From Anaerolineales bacterium (GTDB lineage: Bacteria; Chloroflexota; Anaerolineae; Anaerolineales; Villigracilaceae), in assembly GCA_017882125.1 (NCBI GenBank), contig JADGQC010000001.1, forward strand, positions 12,149 through 76,148: DNA of 64,000 nt. Direction: 5' to 3'. Position 1 is the first letter of the stretch; each line of letters opens with the position of its first letter. Of the stretch, positions 1 through 9,099 are shown one piece after another. A program made the position numbers and the translations under genes. A model generated the notes under the pieces. The model saw only the letters and a program-made list of their open reading frames with translations, was not told where the DNA came from and ran no database searches.

Positions 1-54
1 GACGAGTGCAAGACAGGTGGGATTTGTGACGCGAATGGCCTGGGATAAATTCAT
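1..54 (-). CDS. Partial 5' end (18 codons) of a gene leaving the window; N-terminus is compatible with a YqeC-type selenium-dependent hydroxylase accessory protein
   Basis: Minus-strand ATG at 54..52 reads MNLSQAIRVTNPTCLALV..., 61 nt downstream of the yqeB-like gene on the same strand. The fragment is too short to confirm; the P-loop would lie outside the window. Confidence 0.3.
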   Translation of the reverse strand, partial: MNLSQAIRVTNPTCLALV

Positions 55-115
55 AATATTCCCGCAGGGCCCAGGGGCAATTGAAATACGGTTTCCCCTT
101 TTTGAAACCTGGGAG

Positions 116-940
116 TCATGTCCATAATTGGGAGCGGACTTCCGGCCTTGAGAGCAGCGCCTCCAGTACACCCCCGCCAATCGAAAGGGCTTTATCAGAA
201 ACCAACTGGCAGAGACGAGGGTCGTCCCGCAGGTCGATGTCGCCGATTTTCAGGCCGCGGGTGACTTGAAGCCCGCCGTGAAGCAACCCGCGCACGATTC
301 CTGCCAGGGGTGAGAGTACTTCCTCTCCACCAACTTCAGCAACGAGCTGCCCTGCTTCTACATGATCCCCGATTTTGAAGTGATTTTCAAGTTCTCCATC
401 AGCGGGTGCGCGCAAAACCCGTCTCGGGTCGCCGCTGGGTTGACCGGTATCCGCTTCCGGGCCACCCTGCCAGAAGACCCGCCCGAGGGTATGCCCTCGG
501 CGGGTCTCGATCACAGCCTGGCAGTTCACGCCAGCCTCGAAACCCGGACCGAGACCAATATACAAAAGAGGGGAATATCCGATGGGTTCAGGCGCTCGTT
601 TGGTCATGCGCCCATCCACGATAACGGCGGGATGCAGCAGCTTGGCGGAAGTGCAGCCTGGGTCCACCAAAACCGGCACCTCCTGTTTACCGAGGATGCT
701 GAGAACCCGCAGGGAATCGCCCGGGTCCTTCACGCACCTTGCGGTGAGCCCTTCGACGCTGATCTCGCCCGAATAGACCGCCTCGGCAAATGAGACGGTG
801 CGCCGCACAGCCAGCGGTTGGGGCAACTCGGTGATAACAACGCGCAGACCGGAACGGAAGAGACGCATGGCAACACCGGTGGCAAGGTCTCCACCGCCGC
901 GGACAAGGATGAGGGATGGCATGCGGATATTAAACCACAA
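116..940 (-). CDS. yqeB: YqeB-family selenium-dependent molybdenum hydroxylase system protein (XdhC-like Rossmann N-terminus)
   Basis: 274-aa ORF. The N-terminus LILVRGGGDLATGVAMRLFRSGLRVVITELPQPLAVRRTVSFAEAVYSG is typical of the short YqeB/XdhC-like maturation family. An alternative ATG at 922 is possible. Lies in the same strand block as the xanthine-dehydrogenase-family genes. Confidence 0.6.
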   Translation of the reverse strand: MWFNIRMPSLILVRGGGDLATGVAMRLFRSGLRVVITELPQPLAVRRTVSFAEAVYSGEISVEGLTARCVKDPGDSLRVLSILGKQEVPVLVDPGCTSAKLLHPAVIVDGRMTKRAPEPIGYSPLLYIGLGPGFEAGVNCQAVIETRRGHTLGRVFWQGGPEADTGQPSGDPRRVLRAPADGELENHFKIGDHVEAGQLVAEVGGEEVLSPLAGIVRGLLHGGLQVTRGLKIGDIDLRDDPRLCQLVSDKALSIGGGVLEALLSRPEVRSQLWT

Positions 941-991
941 ATGTCGTTTCTTGGATGAACGCCTGGGTTTTGGACGGCAAAATGCGTCTGC

Positions 992-1786
992 CTATATCGG
1001 AATCTGGTATCCCGTGCGACGCATGAATTGCGTGAGGTGAGAAAACCCTGCGGCGCGGACGGCTTCCAGGGCCGTGTCGAGATGCAGACCGACCTGGTCA
1101 GCGGCATGGGCATCCGAGCCAAGGGTGAGACGTTCGCCGCCCATTCCAGCATACCACTTCAGGATAAGAGGGTCGGGCATCAGGTTTTTAGAGGCTTTCC
1201 GCAGACCGCCGGCGTTGACCTCAAGTGCCAGGTTGCGCTTGATGATCATCCCCAGGATGCTGCGAATCTGGGTTTCGTAACGGGCAGGGTCGTAACCAAA
1301 GATGGGTTTCCCTGTCCGGGCGGGGATGTCGAAATGGGCGACGATGTCAATGTCAGCAGTCTTTATCATTAATTCTAATTCGGTGAAATATGACTTGTAC
1401 ACATCATCAGCAGATTGGGCGCGAAAATTAGCTTCGTCGAAAACAAAATTTCTACCAACGAAATGCACCGAACCGAAAACGTAATCAAATGGATTATGGG
1501 TGAGAATTTCGGCGGTTTCATTTGGGTAGAGGTGTGGTTCGGCCACTTCGATCCCGGCACGTATAATCAATTGATCGGCGAGAAGGTCGCGCAAGCGATT
1601 TAATTCCGTGAACCAGCTTTCAGGCTGGAAAAAACGCGGATTTTTCTCATAAGGACCGACATCCCAGTGTTCGGAGAATCCGATCTCGGGGACGCTCAGC
1701 TCGATGGCCCGCTGGCACATGGCTTCCATGGAATCGGCGCCGTCTTCAGAAAAAGTGGTATGCATGTGGTAATCAAGTGGAATCAT
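992..1786 (-). CDS. PHP-family histidinol phosphatase-like hydrolase
   Basis: 264 aa. The N-terminal DYHMHTTFSEDG metal-binding motif, later SVHF and GSDAH motifs are typical of PHP/HisK phosphoesterases. Confidence 0.7.
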   Translation of the reverse strand: MIPLDYHMHTTFSEDGADSMEAMCQRAIELSVPEIGFSEHWDVGPYEKNPRFFQPESWFTELNRLRDLLADQLIIRAGIEVAEPHLYPNETAEILTHNPFDYVFGSVHFVGRNFVFDEANFRAQSADDVYKSYFTELELMIKTADIDIVAHFDIPARTGKPIFGYDPARYETQIRSILGMIIKRNLALEVNAGGLRKASKNLMPDPLILKWYAGMGGERLTLGSDAHAADQVGLHLDTALEAVRAAGFSHLTQFMRRTGYQIPI

Positions 1787-1804
1787 GGAAATCCTTTTTT
1801 TAAA

Positions 1805-1835
1805 ATCACACCCCCCCGGGAGCAGGGGGCGTGAT
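1805..1835 (-). terminator. Hairpin between the DUF1361 gene and the PHP gene (possible internal terminator/attenuator)
   Basis: atcacaccccc/gggggcgtgat form an 11-bp stem with one mismatch and a 9-nt loop. On the minus strand it is followed by TTTT then an A-run, so the U-tract is short. Confidence 0.4.
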
Positions 1836-1852
1836 ATGGTCCTGTCTAATGT

Positions 1853-2557
1853 CTATTTGTTATCTGCTTCCTGGAATTGTCTTTCCTGCATCACTCTGCC
1901 GAAGGCATGGAAGGCGAGATATACAAACAGGAACAGGAGCGTAAAGAGTAACGTAAACCCATAAACGCGCAGGTTTGAAAAGGGATGTTTCAGCCACCCA
2001 TAAATATCATGGACGATCGGCAGGGGGTCGCCAAAAATATCCCAACTGTTCCAGCGATAAAACCTTCCCAGGAAAATAGCCAGGCTGCTTAGGATGGTTA
2101 CCAGGATCGTAAAGACCCAACCGGTTGCCCTGCCAAATGTGCGCGTGACGATCTCCTGCATAAAATGCAGGGATACCACACCAAGCAGGAGTCCCGTCCA
2201 TGCAAACCAGAGCAGCAGGAGGACATCAAACCAGACAGGCGCATTATTGACATTTGTGCTGAGGTGTTGGAAATCCGTCAGGATGTACGGCGCATTTGGG
2301 AAAAACACCAGCCAAATAAAGGCGCAGACCGGCACCACCAGGTAGAGCAGTTTCCGCGACCAGGAAACCACGTAGGCAATAGAAGCGAATATGAACGGGA
2401 TCCAGGCGAGACCGAGATTCCAGATCAAGACCGAGTAGTCGTTGGTATTGCTGTATGCAATACGCGCTCTTGCCAGCAAAACGGAAATAATTGAGGCTGC
2501 CAGCAGGAGTGAAAAAACGAGTAATTTGTATTTGTGCCCGGATAGCGCCCGCACCAT
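1853..2557 (-). CDS. DUF1361-like polytopic membrane protein
   Basis: 234 aa with multiple hydrophobic helices and an FFPNAPYILTDFQHL motif. Its start overlaps the stop of the upstream molybdopterin subunit gene by 1 nt. Confidence 0.55.
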   Translation of the reverse strand: MVRALSGHKYKLLVFSLLLAASIISVLLARARIAYSNTNDYSVLIWNLGLAWIPFIFASIAYVVSWSRKLLYLVVPVCAFIWLVFFPNAPYILTDFQHLSTNVNNAPVWFDVLLLLWFAWTGLLLGVVSLHFMQEIVTRTFGRATGWVFTILVTILSSLAIFLGRFYRWNSWDIFGDPLPIVHDIYGWLKHPFSNLRVYGFTLLFTLLFLFVYLAFHAFGRVMQERQFQEADNK

Positions 2558-4791
2558 TATTTGATTTTCCCCAATCCGCGCAGCACTCGCTCGGGGGTCA
2601 GCGGGAATTCGTTGAACCAGACGCCGGTGGCATCGTGCAGGGCTCCAGCAATAGCCGGTGCAAGCGGCAGGAATGGCAACTCACCCAGGCCGCGTGCCCC
2701 GAACGGACCATTCGGTTCAGCAACTTCAAGGATGACCGACTCGACCGCATCTGGGATGTCCAGCACCGTTGGTATCAGGTACGTGCTGAGCTGGTCGGTT
2801 AGAATGTGCCCATTTTTAGTGATGAAGTTTTCAGTAAGTGCATATCCCTCGGCCTGCACCACCGCGCCTTCGATCTGCCCCTGAACCAACGCGGGGTTGA
2901 TGGCTTGCCCAACATCGTCTGCGGAGACAACCCGCAGGATTTTAATAAACCCAGTCTCCAGGTCCACTTCCAGCTCCACAGCCTGGGCTGCATAAGCATA
3001 GGACAGGTTCGGTGTCGAATAGCCGGTCTCCTTGTCAAAAGGAGTGGTTTTGGGTGCAAGGTAGGTATATTCAGAAATTGCCGGGCGTTCCTCGGCTTTC
3101 CATTTTGCCAGCGCTTTTTCCGCGGCTCCCTTGATCGCATGCCCAGCCATGAAAGTCATGCGGCTTGCTGATGCGCTGCCGGGGTTGCCCATGGTGGCAG
3201 AATCTGAAGTGACCATGGTTACTTTCTCGAACGGCACGCCGGTGGCCGCTGCCGCGAACTGTGCCATGACCGTGTGCGCACCCTGTCCCACCTCCGCCCC
3301 GGCATGCCAGACCACCACATGGTCGATCTCGGTTTTTCCGTGAAGTTCGACCCGGGCCCAGGAATTTTCCTGGTAACCGAAAGAGAACCCCACATTTTTA
3401 AAGCCGCAAGCAAAGCCGCGCCCCCGTACAAGCGTGGATTGGGGATCGGTGGATAAGGATCGTTTTTCAGACCAGCCAAACCGGTCGCGTGCCGCTTCAA
3501 TGCATTGAACAATGCTAACCTTGCCAGGAGCCGGTGTACCTACATTTAGGGTGTCACCTTCGCGGAGCGCATTACGATGACGAAATTCCACCGGGTCCAG
3601 CCCGAGCTTTTCGGCCAGCTTGTCCATCTGGATCTCTGCCATCCACAAAGCCTGGGGAGCGCCAAAACCGCGGAATGCAGCGGTCGGGACATTGTTGGTG
3701 TATACGCCATATACATCTTCCTTGACATTCGGGATGAAATACGGTCCGGTGGCAGTGATGGTACAGTTGCCGAGCACCTTGTTCGTGGTGTACATATACG
3801 CCCCGGCGTCCGCGATCACAGTCGTCTCGGCTGCCAATAGCTTTCCGTCTCTGGTGGCAGCCCATTTTGTTTTAATGGTCATCGGGTGGCGTTTGCCGTG
3901 CCCGATAATCGATTCCTTGCGGCTCCAGACGATCTTGACCGGGCGCTTGAGTTTCATCACCGCCAGCGCCAGCACTGCCTGGACTGACAGGTCCTCACGC
4001 CCGCCGAATGCCCCCCCAATCGCCGGGTAGATTACGCGCACCTGTTCTTCGGCGAGGCCAAGGGCATGTGCAATGCTTTCGCGGTCGGCATGCGTCCATT
4101 GACCTGCACACTCCACCGTAATTCGACCCGCCTCGTCAATGTAAGCCAGCCCGGCCTCGGGCTGTAGGTAGGCATGTTCCTGGTAGGGAGTGTGGTACTC
4201 GCCTTCCACGATCACATCCGCCCTGGCAAATGCAGACTGCACGTCCCCTTTGCGGATCTTGTCCAGCACGCAGACATTGGAATCTCCCACTTCCGGGTGG
4301 ATGCGCGGGGCATCGGGTTTCATTGCCTCAGCCGCATCGTAGACGGCGGGCAGGTCCTCGTATTGCACCTTGATCAAATCCCGGGCATGTTCGGCGATCG
4401 CTTCGGTCTCTGCAACAATAACAGCCACTTGGTCGCCTTCGCAGCGGACGATATCACCACGAACTCCCTGCCCCTGGGCATGCTGGGAGGGGCTGCAAAG
4501 CACCGGTTGGTCTCTTTTCTGCAAACCGTACTCATTGAACGGGACATCCCTGGCAGTGTAGATCGCAGCCAAGCCAGGCAGGGATTCGGCGGCAGAGCTG
4601 TCAATACTGACCACCCGCGCGTGTGGGCGCCCGGCGAACAGGATCTTCATGTGGAGCATATCAGCTCTGACGAGATCGCCGGAGTACAAGGCTGCGCCTG
4701 TGACCTTGTCACGGGCATCGATGCGGGGGACGGATTCGCCGATGGAAGTTGTCATAATTTTCCCATCTGGAACAAGGTGATTAATGATCAC
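2557..4791 (-). CDS. Xanthine dehydrogenase/aldehyde oxidase family molybdopterin-binding large subunit
   Basis: 744 aa. N-terminal PRIDARDKVTGAALYSGD, then GGAFGGRED, and C-terminal GEPPxxP-like GLGELPFLPLAPAI. GTG start at 4791; alternative ATG at 4755 (MTTSIGESVPRID). Confidence 0.9.
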   Translation of the reverse strand: MIINHLVPDGKIMTTSIGESVPRIDARDKVTGAALYSGDLVRADMLHMKILFAGRPHARVVSIDSSAAESLPGLAAIYTARDVPFNEYGLQKRDQPVLCSPSQHAQGQGVRGDIVRCEGDQVAVIVAETEAIAEHARDLIKVQYEDLPAVYDAAEAMKPDAPRIHPEVGDSNVCVLDKIRKGDVQSAFARADVIVEGEYHTPYQEHAYLQPEAGLAYIDEAGRITVECAGQWTHADRESIAHALGLAEEQVRVIYPAIGGAFGGREDLSVQAVLALAVMKLKRPVKIVWSRKESIIGHGKRHPMTIKTKWAATRDGKLLAAETTVIADAGAYMYTTNKVLGNCTITATGPYFIPNVKEDVYGVYTNNVPTAAFRGFGAPQALWMAEIQMDKLAEKLGLDPVEFRHRNALREGDTLNVGTPAPGKVSIVQCIEAARDRFGWSEKRSLSTDPQSTLVRGRGFACGFKNVGFSFGYQENSWARVELHGKTEIDHVVVWHAGAEVGQGAHTVMAQFAAAATGVPFEKVTMVTSDSATMGNPGSASASRMTFMAGHAIKGAAEKALAKWKAEERPAISEYTYLAPKTTPFDKETGYSTPNLSYAYAAQAVELEVDLETGFIKILRVVSADDVGQAINPALVQGQIEGAVVQAEGYALTENFITKNGHILTDQLSTYLIPTVLDIPDAVESVILEVAEPNGPFGARGLGELPFLPLAPAIAGALHDATGVWFNEFPLTPERVLRGLGKIK

Positions 4792-4794
4792 CCT

Positions 4795-5208
4795 TTATCT
4801 TTTGTATGCTTTTGCTTTATGCTTGGACGGAGGGGCATCCAACTTTGTATATTGCGCCGGGCCAACCAGCGAGTAGATCCAGGTATAAAGAAGGGATGCG
4901 ATCGTGGTCAGGAGGAGTACTATCACGAAGAAAGTGATGATATTCAGCCACAGGTTATTTAGACTTCCGATAAACCGGGCGATGCTGGATATGATCATCA
5001 CCTTGTAGGCCCAATCCGGGAAGTGAACGTATCCGACCAGTTGATAAGGGACTTTCCCGGTTTTAATAAGCACCGGGACCAGGAGTTCCATCAGCCCAAA
5101 GGCGAGCAGCGGGACGACAACAAGCAAGATGCAGCCGATACCGCGCCACACCGGATTCATTCCTTGCTTTGGATCCTGTCTTACCCTGTATTTTGCGTAT
5201 TTTGACAT
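4795..5208 (-). CDS. Small (137 aa) two- to three-helix membrane protein embedded in the XDH-family operon
   Basis: The listed 182-aa ORF is trimmed to ATG 5208 (MSKYAKYRV...), which is preceded by a GGGAGAG Shine-Dalgarno sequence. Hydrophobic segments include GIGCILLVVVPLLAFGLMELLV and IITFFVIVLLLTTIASLLY. The stop lies 3 nt before the large-subunit start. Confidence 0.6.
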   Translation of the reverse strand: MSKYAKYRVRQDPKQGMNPVWRGIGCILLVVVPLLAFGLMELLVPVLIKTGKVPYQLVGYVHFPDWAYKVMIISSIARFIGSLNNLWLNIITFFVIVLLLTTIASLLYTWIYSLVGPAQYTKLDAPPSKHKAKAYKR

Positions 5209-5282
5209 TAATTCTCTCCCTGGAGCAGTAACTCCTTGTTGGGACGTGTCCCTGACCGGGAATCCTGCGCGATTGCCTATCC

Positions 5283-6746
5283 TTAGGCTTTGGCGGCGTC
5301 TTCTATGGCTTGCACGATCATGTAATACCCAGTGCACCGGCACAAATTGCCCGAAATGGCCTGGGTGATATCGTCACGGCTTGGATGCGGGCGTTCTTCC
5401 AGCAATTTCGCCGACGACATGATAAATCCGGGGGTGCAATATCCACACTGGACTGCACCATCGGCGATGAAAGCAGCCTGGACCGGGTGTAATTTTTCCA
5501 TTTGCCCGCGGCCTTTGTTTTTCTTCGCCAGCCCTTCAACGGTGACGATCTCCGCGCCATTCGCTCGCGGGGCGGGTACGAGACAAGACATGACGGCTTT
5601 GCCGTCCAGGAAAACAGTGCAGGCTCCGCATTCGCCTTCCGCACAACCTTCCTTTGTACCAGTCAGACCTGCCTCCTCCCGCAAGAGCCGCAGCAGGGAT
5701 TTTTCATGACCGGTGGAAAAGGTGTACGCTTTACCATTAATTTTTGTGCGGATGGGCTCACCTGAAGATGAATTATTGGCGCTGGACGTGGATCCATTTA
5801 TGTCTTTGTCTCCCCACAACAGCACCGGGTCCTCCGGAACCTGGCTTTTCTCTTCCCCCGCGCGCAGGCTGCGCAGCCCGCGCGTGACGAGCACCCGAAC
5901 CATCGACTTGCGATAAGCTGCCGAGCCGCGTATGTCATCGATCGGGCGGGCTGCCCCGGCTGCAAGTTCTGCTGCATGACCGATTGTTTCGTCGGTCAGC
6001 TCCTTGCCTATTAAAAAGGCTTCGGCTCCGGGTGCGTGGATGATGGTGGGGGCGACAGCCCCCAGGGTAATAACCGCAGATAAAACCCGGGAAGACTCGA
6101 GGGTTAGGACGATGGCAGAGTTGACCAGTGAAATCGCCTGGGCGCGCCGCAGTCCAAGTTTCAAAAACGTACCGCGTTGGCCCGGTTTTAGGGCAGGGAA
6201 GGCAATATCAACAACCATTTCATCCGGTTCGAGCACTGTTTTTCGGACGCCGGTGTAGAAAGGCTCCAAGTCAACCCGGCGCGTCCCCCTGATGGATTTC
6301 AGCATTACCCATCCGCCCATTGCCATCAAGGGCGTGATGGTATCGTTGGCTGGGCTGGCGGTGACCAGGTTGCCAGCCACGGTAGCCCGGTTGCGAATCT
6401 GGGGAGCGCCCACCTGCCAGGAAGCGGCGACCAAAGGGAAAGCGCGCTCCCGCAGGATTTTTGAAGCTGCCACCGCGTTGTGGGTCACCAATGGACCGAG
6501 GTGGATGATCTCGTCTTCATCAATGGTGATGCAGTCCAGGTCAGCAAGACGGGTGACGTCAATGACAGTCTGGATGCCTTTGCGGACGCCGCGTTCGAGT
6601 TCGAGCATCAAATCGGTTGCCCCGGCGATCAGGCGGGCTTTTTCACCTTTTTCAGCCAGGACTCGCAGCGTTTCCTCCAGGGAGGCGGGGGTGATATATT
6701 CAGTCCACATATCGTAATTAAACCACAAAGTAGCGCAAGTTGCCAT
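5283..6746 (-). CDS. Fused FAD-binding (CoxM/XdhB-like) plus [2Fe-2S] (CoxS/XdhC-like) subunit of a molybdenum hydroxylase
   Basis: 487 aa. The N-terminal ~290 aa carry [11 protein letters not shown] and ATVAGNL FAD-domain motifs. The C-terminal ~155 aa carry [19 protein letters not shown] and CRCTGY 2Fe-2S motifs. A Ser/Asn-rich linker joins them. Confidence 0.85.
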   Translation of the reverse strand: MATCATLWFNYDMWTEYITPASLEETLRVLAEKGEKARLIAGATDLMLELERGVRKGIQTVIDVTRLADLDCITIDEDEIIHLGPLVTHNAVAASKILRERAFPLVAASWQVGAPQIRNRATVAGNLVTASPANDTITPLMAMGGWVMLKSIRGTRRVDLEPFYTGVRKTVLEPDEMVVDIAFPALKPGQRGTFLKLGLRRAQAISLVNSAIVLTLESSRVLSAVITLGAVAPTIIHAPGAEAFLIGKELTDETIGHAAELAAGAARPIDDIRGSAAYRKSMVRVLVTRGLRSLRAGEEKSQVPEDPVLLWGDKDINGSTSSANNSSSGEPIRTKINGKAYTFSTGHEKSLLRLLREEAGLTGTKEGCAEGECGACTVFLDGKAVMSCLVPAPRANGAEIVTVEGLAKKNKGRGQMEKLHPVQAAFIADGAVQCGYCTPGFIMSSAKLLEERPHPSRDDITQAISGNLCRCTGYYMIVQAIEDAAKA

Positions 6747-6808
6747 CTAGCGCTACTCGATGAACTTGTCAGACAGTTTATGAACGCAGCCTGGGCAAAT
6801 TAGGTCTT

Positions 6809-7333
6809 TTAGGCTGCTCCGCTGCCGGTAATGGCCTGGTAACGGCGGTCGAATGTTTCACCCGCCTGGCGGGAAAGGTCGTTGACCGAGCGGATGGCGG
6901 CTTTGAGCCCGTCGCCTGCGATCGCGGTTTCGACATTATCCAGCCCACTCGAAATTTGGTCAGCCAGGGTGAAGAAAGCCGTGTCGAATGTGTATATTGT
7001 TTGGAGTTCCTTTTCGTTGATCTTGACGGCATCGAAAAAGCCGGAGTAGCCGTAGGAGGCGGTCTTGATCCGGTCGGCGAAGGTGCGCAGTTTCAACCCC
7101 ACCGAGTCGATATCGTCGAGCATGTCGATCTGACCGGCGTCGGCGATGTCTTTTTGCAGGCGTGAGGTGCGGGCAGCCAGTTCGCTGTACTTAAGTGCAA
7201 CCTGCTCACGCAGGAGTTTGTCGGCGGAACGACGGTTGGATCGCTCGATGTATCCGCTAAAGCCGGGGATATAGGATAATAGTTTTTTGAAAATATCCTG
7301 TCCGCCTTTGACTGTGTCAAAAAGGTCGCTCAT
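6809..7333 (-). CDS. Hypothetical soluble protein, first gene of the minus-strand block
   Basis: 174-aa ORF with normal composition and a GGAGGAAC Shine-Dalgarno sequence upstream of ATG 7333. I recognise no motif. Confidence 0.5.
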   Translation of the reverse strand: MSDLFDTVKGGQDIFKKLLSYIPGFSGYIERSNRRSADKLLREQVALKYSELAARTSRLQKDIADAGQIDMLDDIDSVGLKLRTFADRIKTASYGYSGFFDAVKINEKELQTIYTFDTAFFTLADQISSGLDNVETAIAGDGLKAAIRSVNDLSRQAGETFDRRYQAITGSGAA

Positions 7334-7446
7334 GGTGTTCCTCCTGAAAGGATGGTTGGCTGAAATTCAACGGTAATTAATTATACTTCAACGTGCTCAA
7401 AGGGATTTACGACATTCGCAAGCGAAAGTAGTATGCCCGTTGGACT

Positions 7447-7455
7447 TGGTATAAT
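7447..7455 (+). promoter_or_regulatory. Candidate extended -10 promoter element (TGGTATAAT) for fba
   Basis: TGnTATAAT matches about 80 nt upstream of ATG 7535, in an AT-rich divergent intergenic region. There is no good -35. Confidence 0.35.
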
Positions 7456-7534
7456 GGGTGAATATTGTAATAAATGGTCACATCATCGCATCATTCATCA
7501 TGACTGAAGCTGATACATATTAAAGGAGCTTAAA

Positions 7535-8482
7535 ATGATCGTTACCACCAAGCAACTCTTCGCGGCTGCGTATGGCAAATATGCCATCGGGGCTTATAAC
7601 ATCAACAACCTGGAACAAACCATGGGCTTGTTCCAGGGTAACGTGGACAGCCAGGCGCCGTTCATCATCCAGATTTCGAAAGGGGCGCGCTCGTTCACTC
7701 ATAAGAATATGCTCGAGGCATTGATCCGCGCCGCAGACGGGATCTTCCCGGAAGCCATTTTCGCGGTTCACCTGGATCATGGCGACGAAGCAACCTGTTT
7801 CGACTGCATCGCCAGTGGCTTTTATTCCTCGGTTATGATCGATGCCAGCGGCGAAGCGTTCGCCAAGAACATCGAGATCACCAAACGTGTGGTTGACGCT
7901 GCCCACGCAAAGGGGATCGTGGTCGAGGCGGAACTCGGTCAACTGGGCGGTGTGGAGGAACACGTCAAGGTGGATGAGGCCAATGCCAAGCTGACCGACC
8001 CTGACCAGGCCAAAGAATTCGTTGAGAAAACCGGTGTCGACTCGCTTGCCTGCGCCATCGGCACCAGCCACGGCGCGTTCAAATTCGCCGGAACACAGGG
8101 CCTGCATTTTGAGGTTCTGGAAGCCATCCAGAAGCGATTGCCCAATTTCCCACTGGTGATGCATGGTTCCAGTTCGGTCCCGCAGGAAGAGGTGGCCCGC
8201 ATTAACGCCGCCGGCGGCAACCTTAAAGGCGCCAAGGGTGTGGACGAGAACCAGTTCAAACGCGCCGCTGAACTGGGAGTGACCAAGATCAACATTGACA
8301 CCGACGGCCGCCTGGTCTGGACGCGCGTCCACCGTGAATTCTTCCGCGACTTTCCCGAAAAATTCGACCTGCGTGACCCCGGCAAGATCTTCATGAGTGA
8401 ATATGCCAACTTCATTGCTCATAAGAACGGGAAATTGGGGAGTGCCGGGCAGATTGAGTTTGTCCGGAAAATGGGGAAATAG
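7535..8482 (+). CDS. fba: Class II fructose-bisphosphate aldolase
   Basis: 315 aa. YAIGAYNINNLEQ, HLDHG and GTSHGAFKF motifs; AAAGGAG Shine-Dalgarno sequence upstream. Confidence 0.9.
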   Translation: MIVTTKQLFAAAYGKYAIGAYNINNLEQTMGLFQGNVDSQAPFIIQISKGARSFTHKNMLEALIRAADGIFPEAIFAVHLDHGDEATCFDCIASGFYSSVMIDASGEAFAKNIEITKRVVDAAHAKGIVVEAELGQLGGVEEHVKVDEANAKLTDPDQAKEFVEKTGVDSLACAIGTSHGAFKFAGTQGLHFEVLEAIQKRLPNFPLVMHGSSSVPQEEVARINAAGGNLKGAKGVDENQFKRAAELGVTKINIDTDGRLVWTRVHREFFRDFPEKFDLRDPGKIFMSEYANFIAHKNGKLGSAGQIEFVRKMGK

Positions 8483-8542
8483 CCAGGGAGAGGCGCGAAA
8501 TATTATTCCCCAGGGAAATATCCCGTCCTTTTGGTTTTGAAT

Positions 8543-9043
8543 ATGCCAGTCTCTGACCAGGGTGTCACCCTTGATCGTTATATGCTGATCCCGCGCGTCT
8601 TGATTTTTATCAGGCGCGGGACGGATATCCTCCTGATCAAAGGCTCGCCGAAAAAACGCTTGTGGGCGAATAAATACAACGGGGTCGGCGGTCACGTAGA
8701 ACCGGGAGAGGATATCCTGTCAGCCGCGCACCGTGAACTGCTCGAAGAGACAGGGCTGACTGCTGATTTGTGGCTGTGCGGGACGGTGGTGGTGGAAACC
8801 GGCAGGAACCCCGGCATAGGCATCTATGTTTTCAGTGGCGAATCCTTGCAAGGAGAACCAGTGGGGTCATCAGAAGGGACTCTGGAATGGGTTCCCGTCA
8901 CCAAAACCCGGGATCTGCCGGTTGTGGAAGACCTGCCTGTTCTCCTCAAGCGCATCCAAAAAATGAAACGCGGGGATGCGCCTTTCAATGCCCGCAGCCA
9001 TTACATTGGCGACAAATTGACCGTGGTTTTTGCAGCGGAATAA
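8543..9043 (+). CDS. NUDIX hydrolase
   Basis: Nudix box GGHVEPGEDILSAAHRELLEETGL. Start set at ATG 8543; the track starts at TTG 8531. Confidence 0.8.
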   Translation: MPVSDQGVTLDRYMLIPRVLIFIRRGTDILLIKGSPKKRLWANKYNGVGGHVEPGEDILSAAHRELLEETGLTADLWLCGTVVVETGRNPGIGIYVFSGESLQGEPVGSSEGTLEWVPVTKTRDLPVVEDLPVLLKRIQKMKRGDAPFNARSHYIGDKLTVVFAAE

Positions 9044-9078
9044 AACAGCCCGGGCTTTTAAAACCCGGGCTGTTTTTG
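9044..9078. terminator. Bidirectional rho-independent terminator between convergent genes
   Basis: acagcccggg/cccgggctgt form a perfect 10-bp GC-rich stem, with an A-run 5' and TTTTT 3'. Confidence 0.8.
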
Positions 9079-9099
9079 ATTTAAAACAGAAAGGTTTTT

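Noticed and set aside
4174-4962. 262-aa plus-strand ORF inside the XDH large-subunit region
   Set aside because: It lies antisense to a gene with clear molybdopterin-subunit motifs, and I recognise no motif of its own.
7520-8695. 391-aa ORF on the minus strand spanning fba and the NUDIX gene start
   Set aside because: It lies antisense to a confidently identified class II aldolase. Its translation is low-complexity, rich in Gly/Asp/Phe/Val, with no motif. It looks like a typical shadow ORF of a moderately GC-rich gene.
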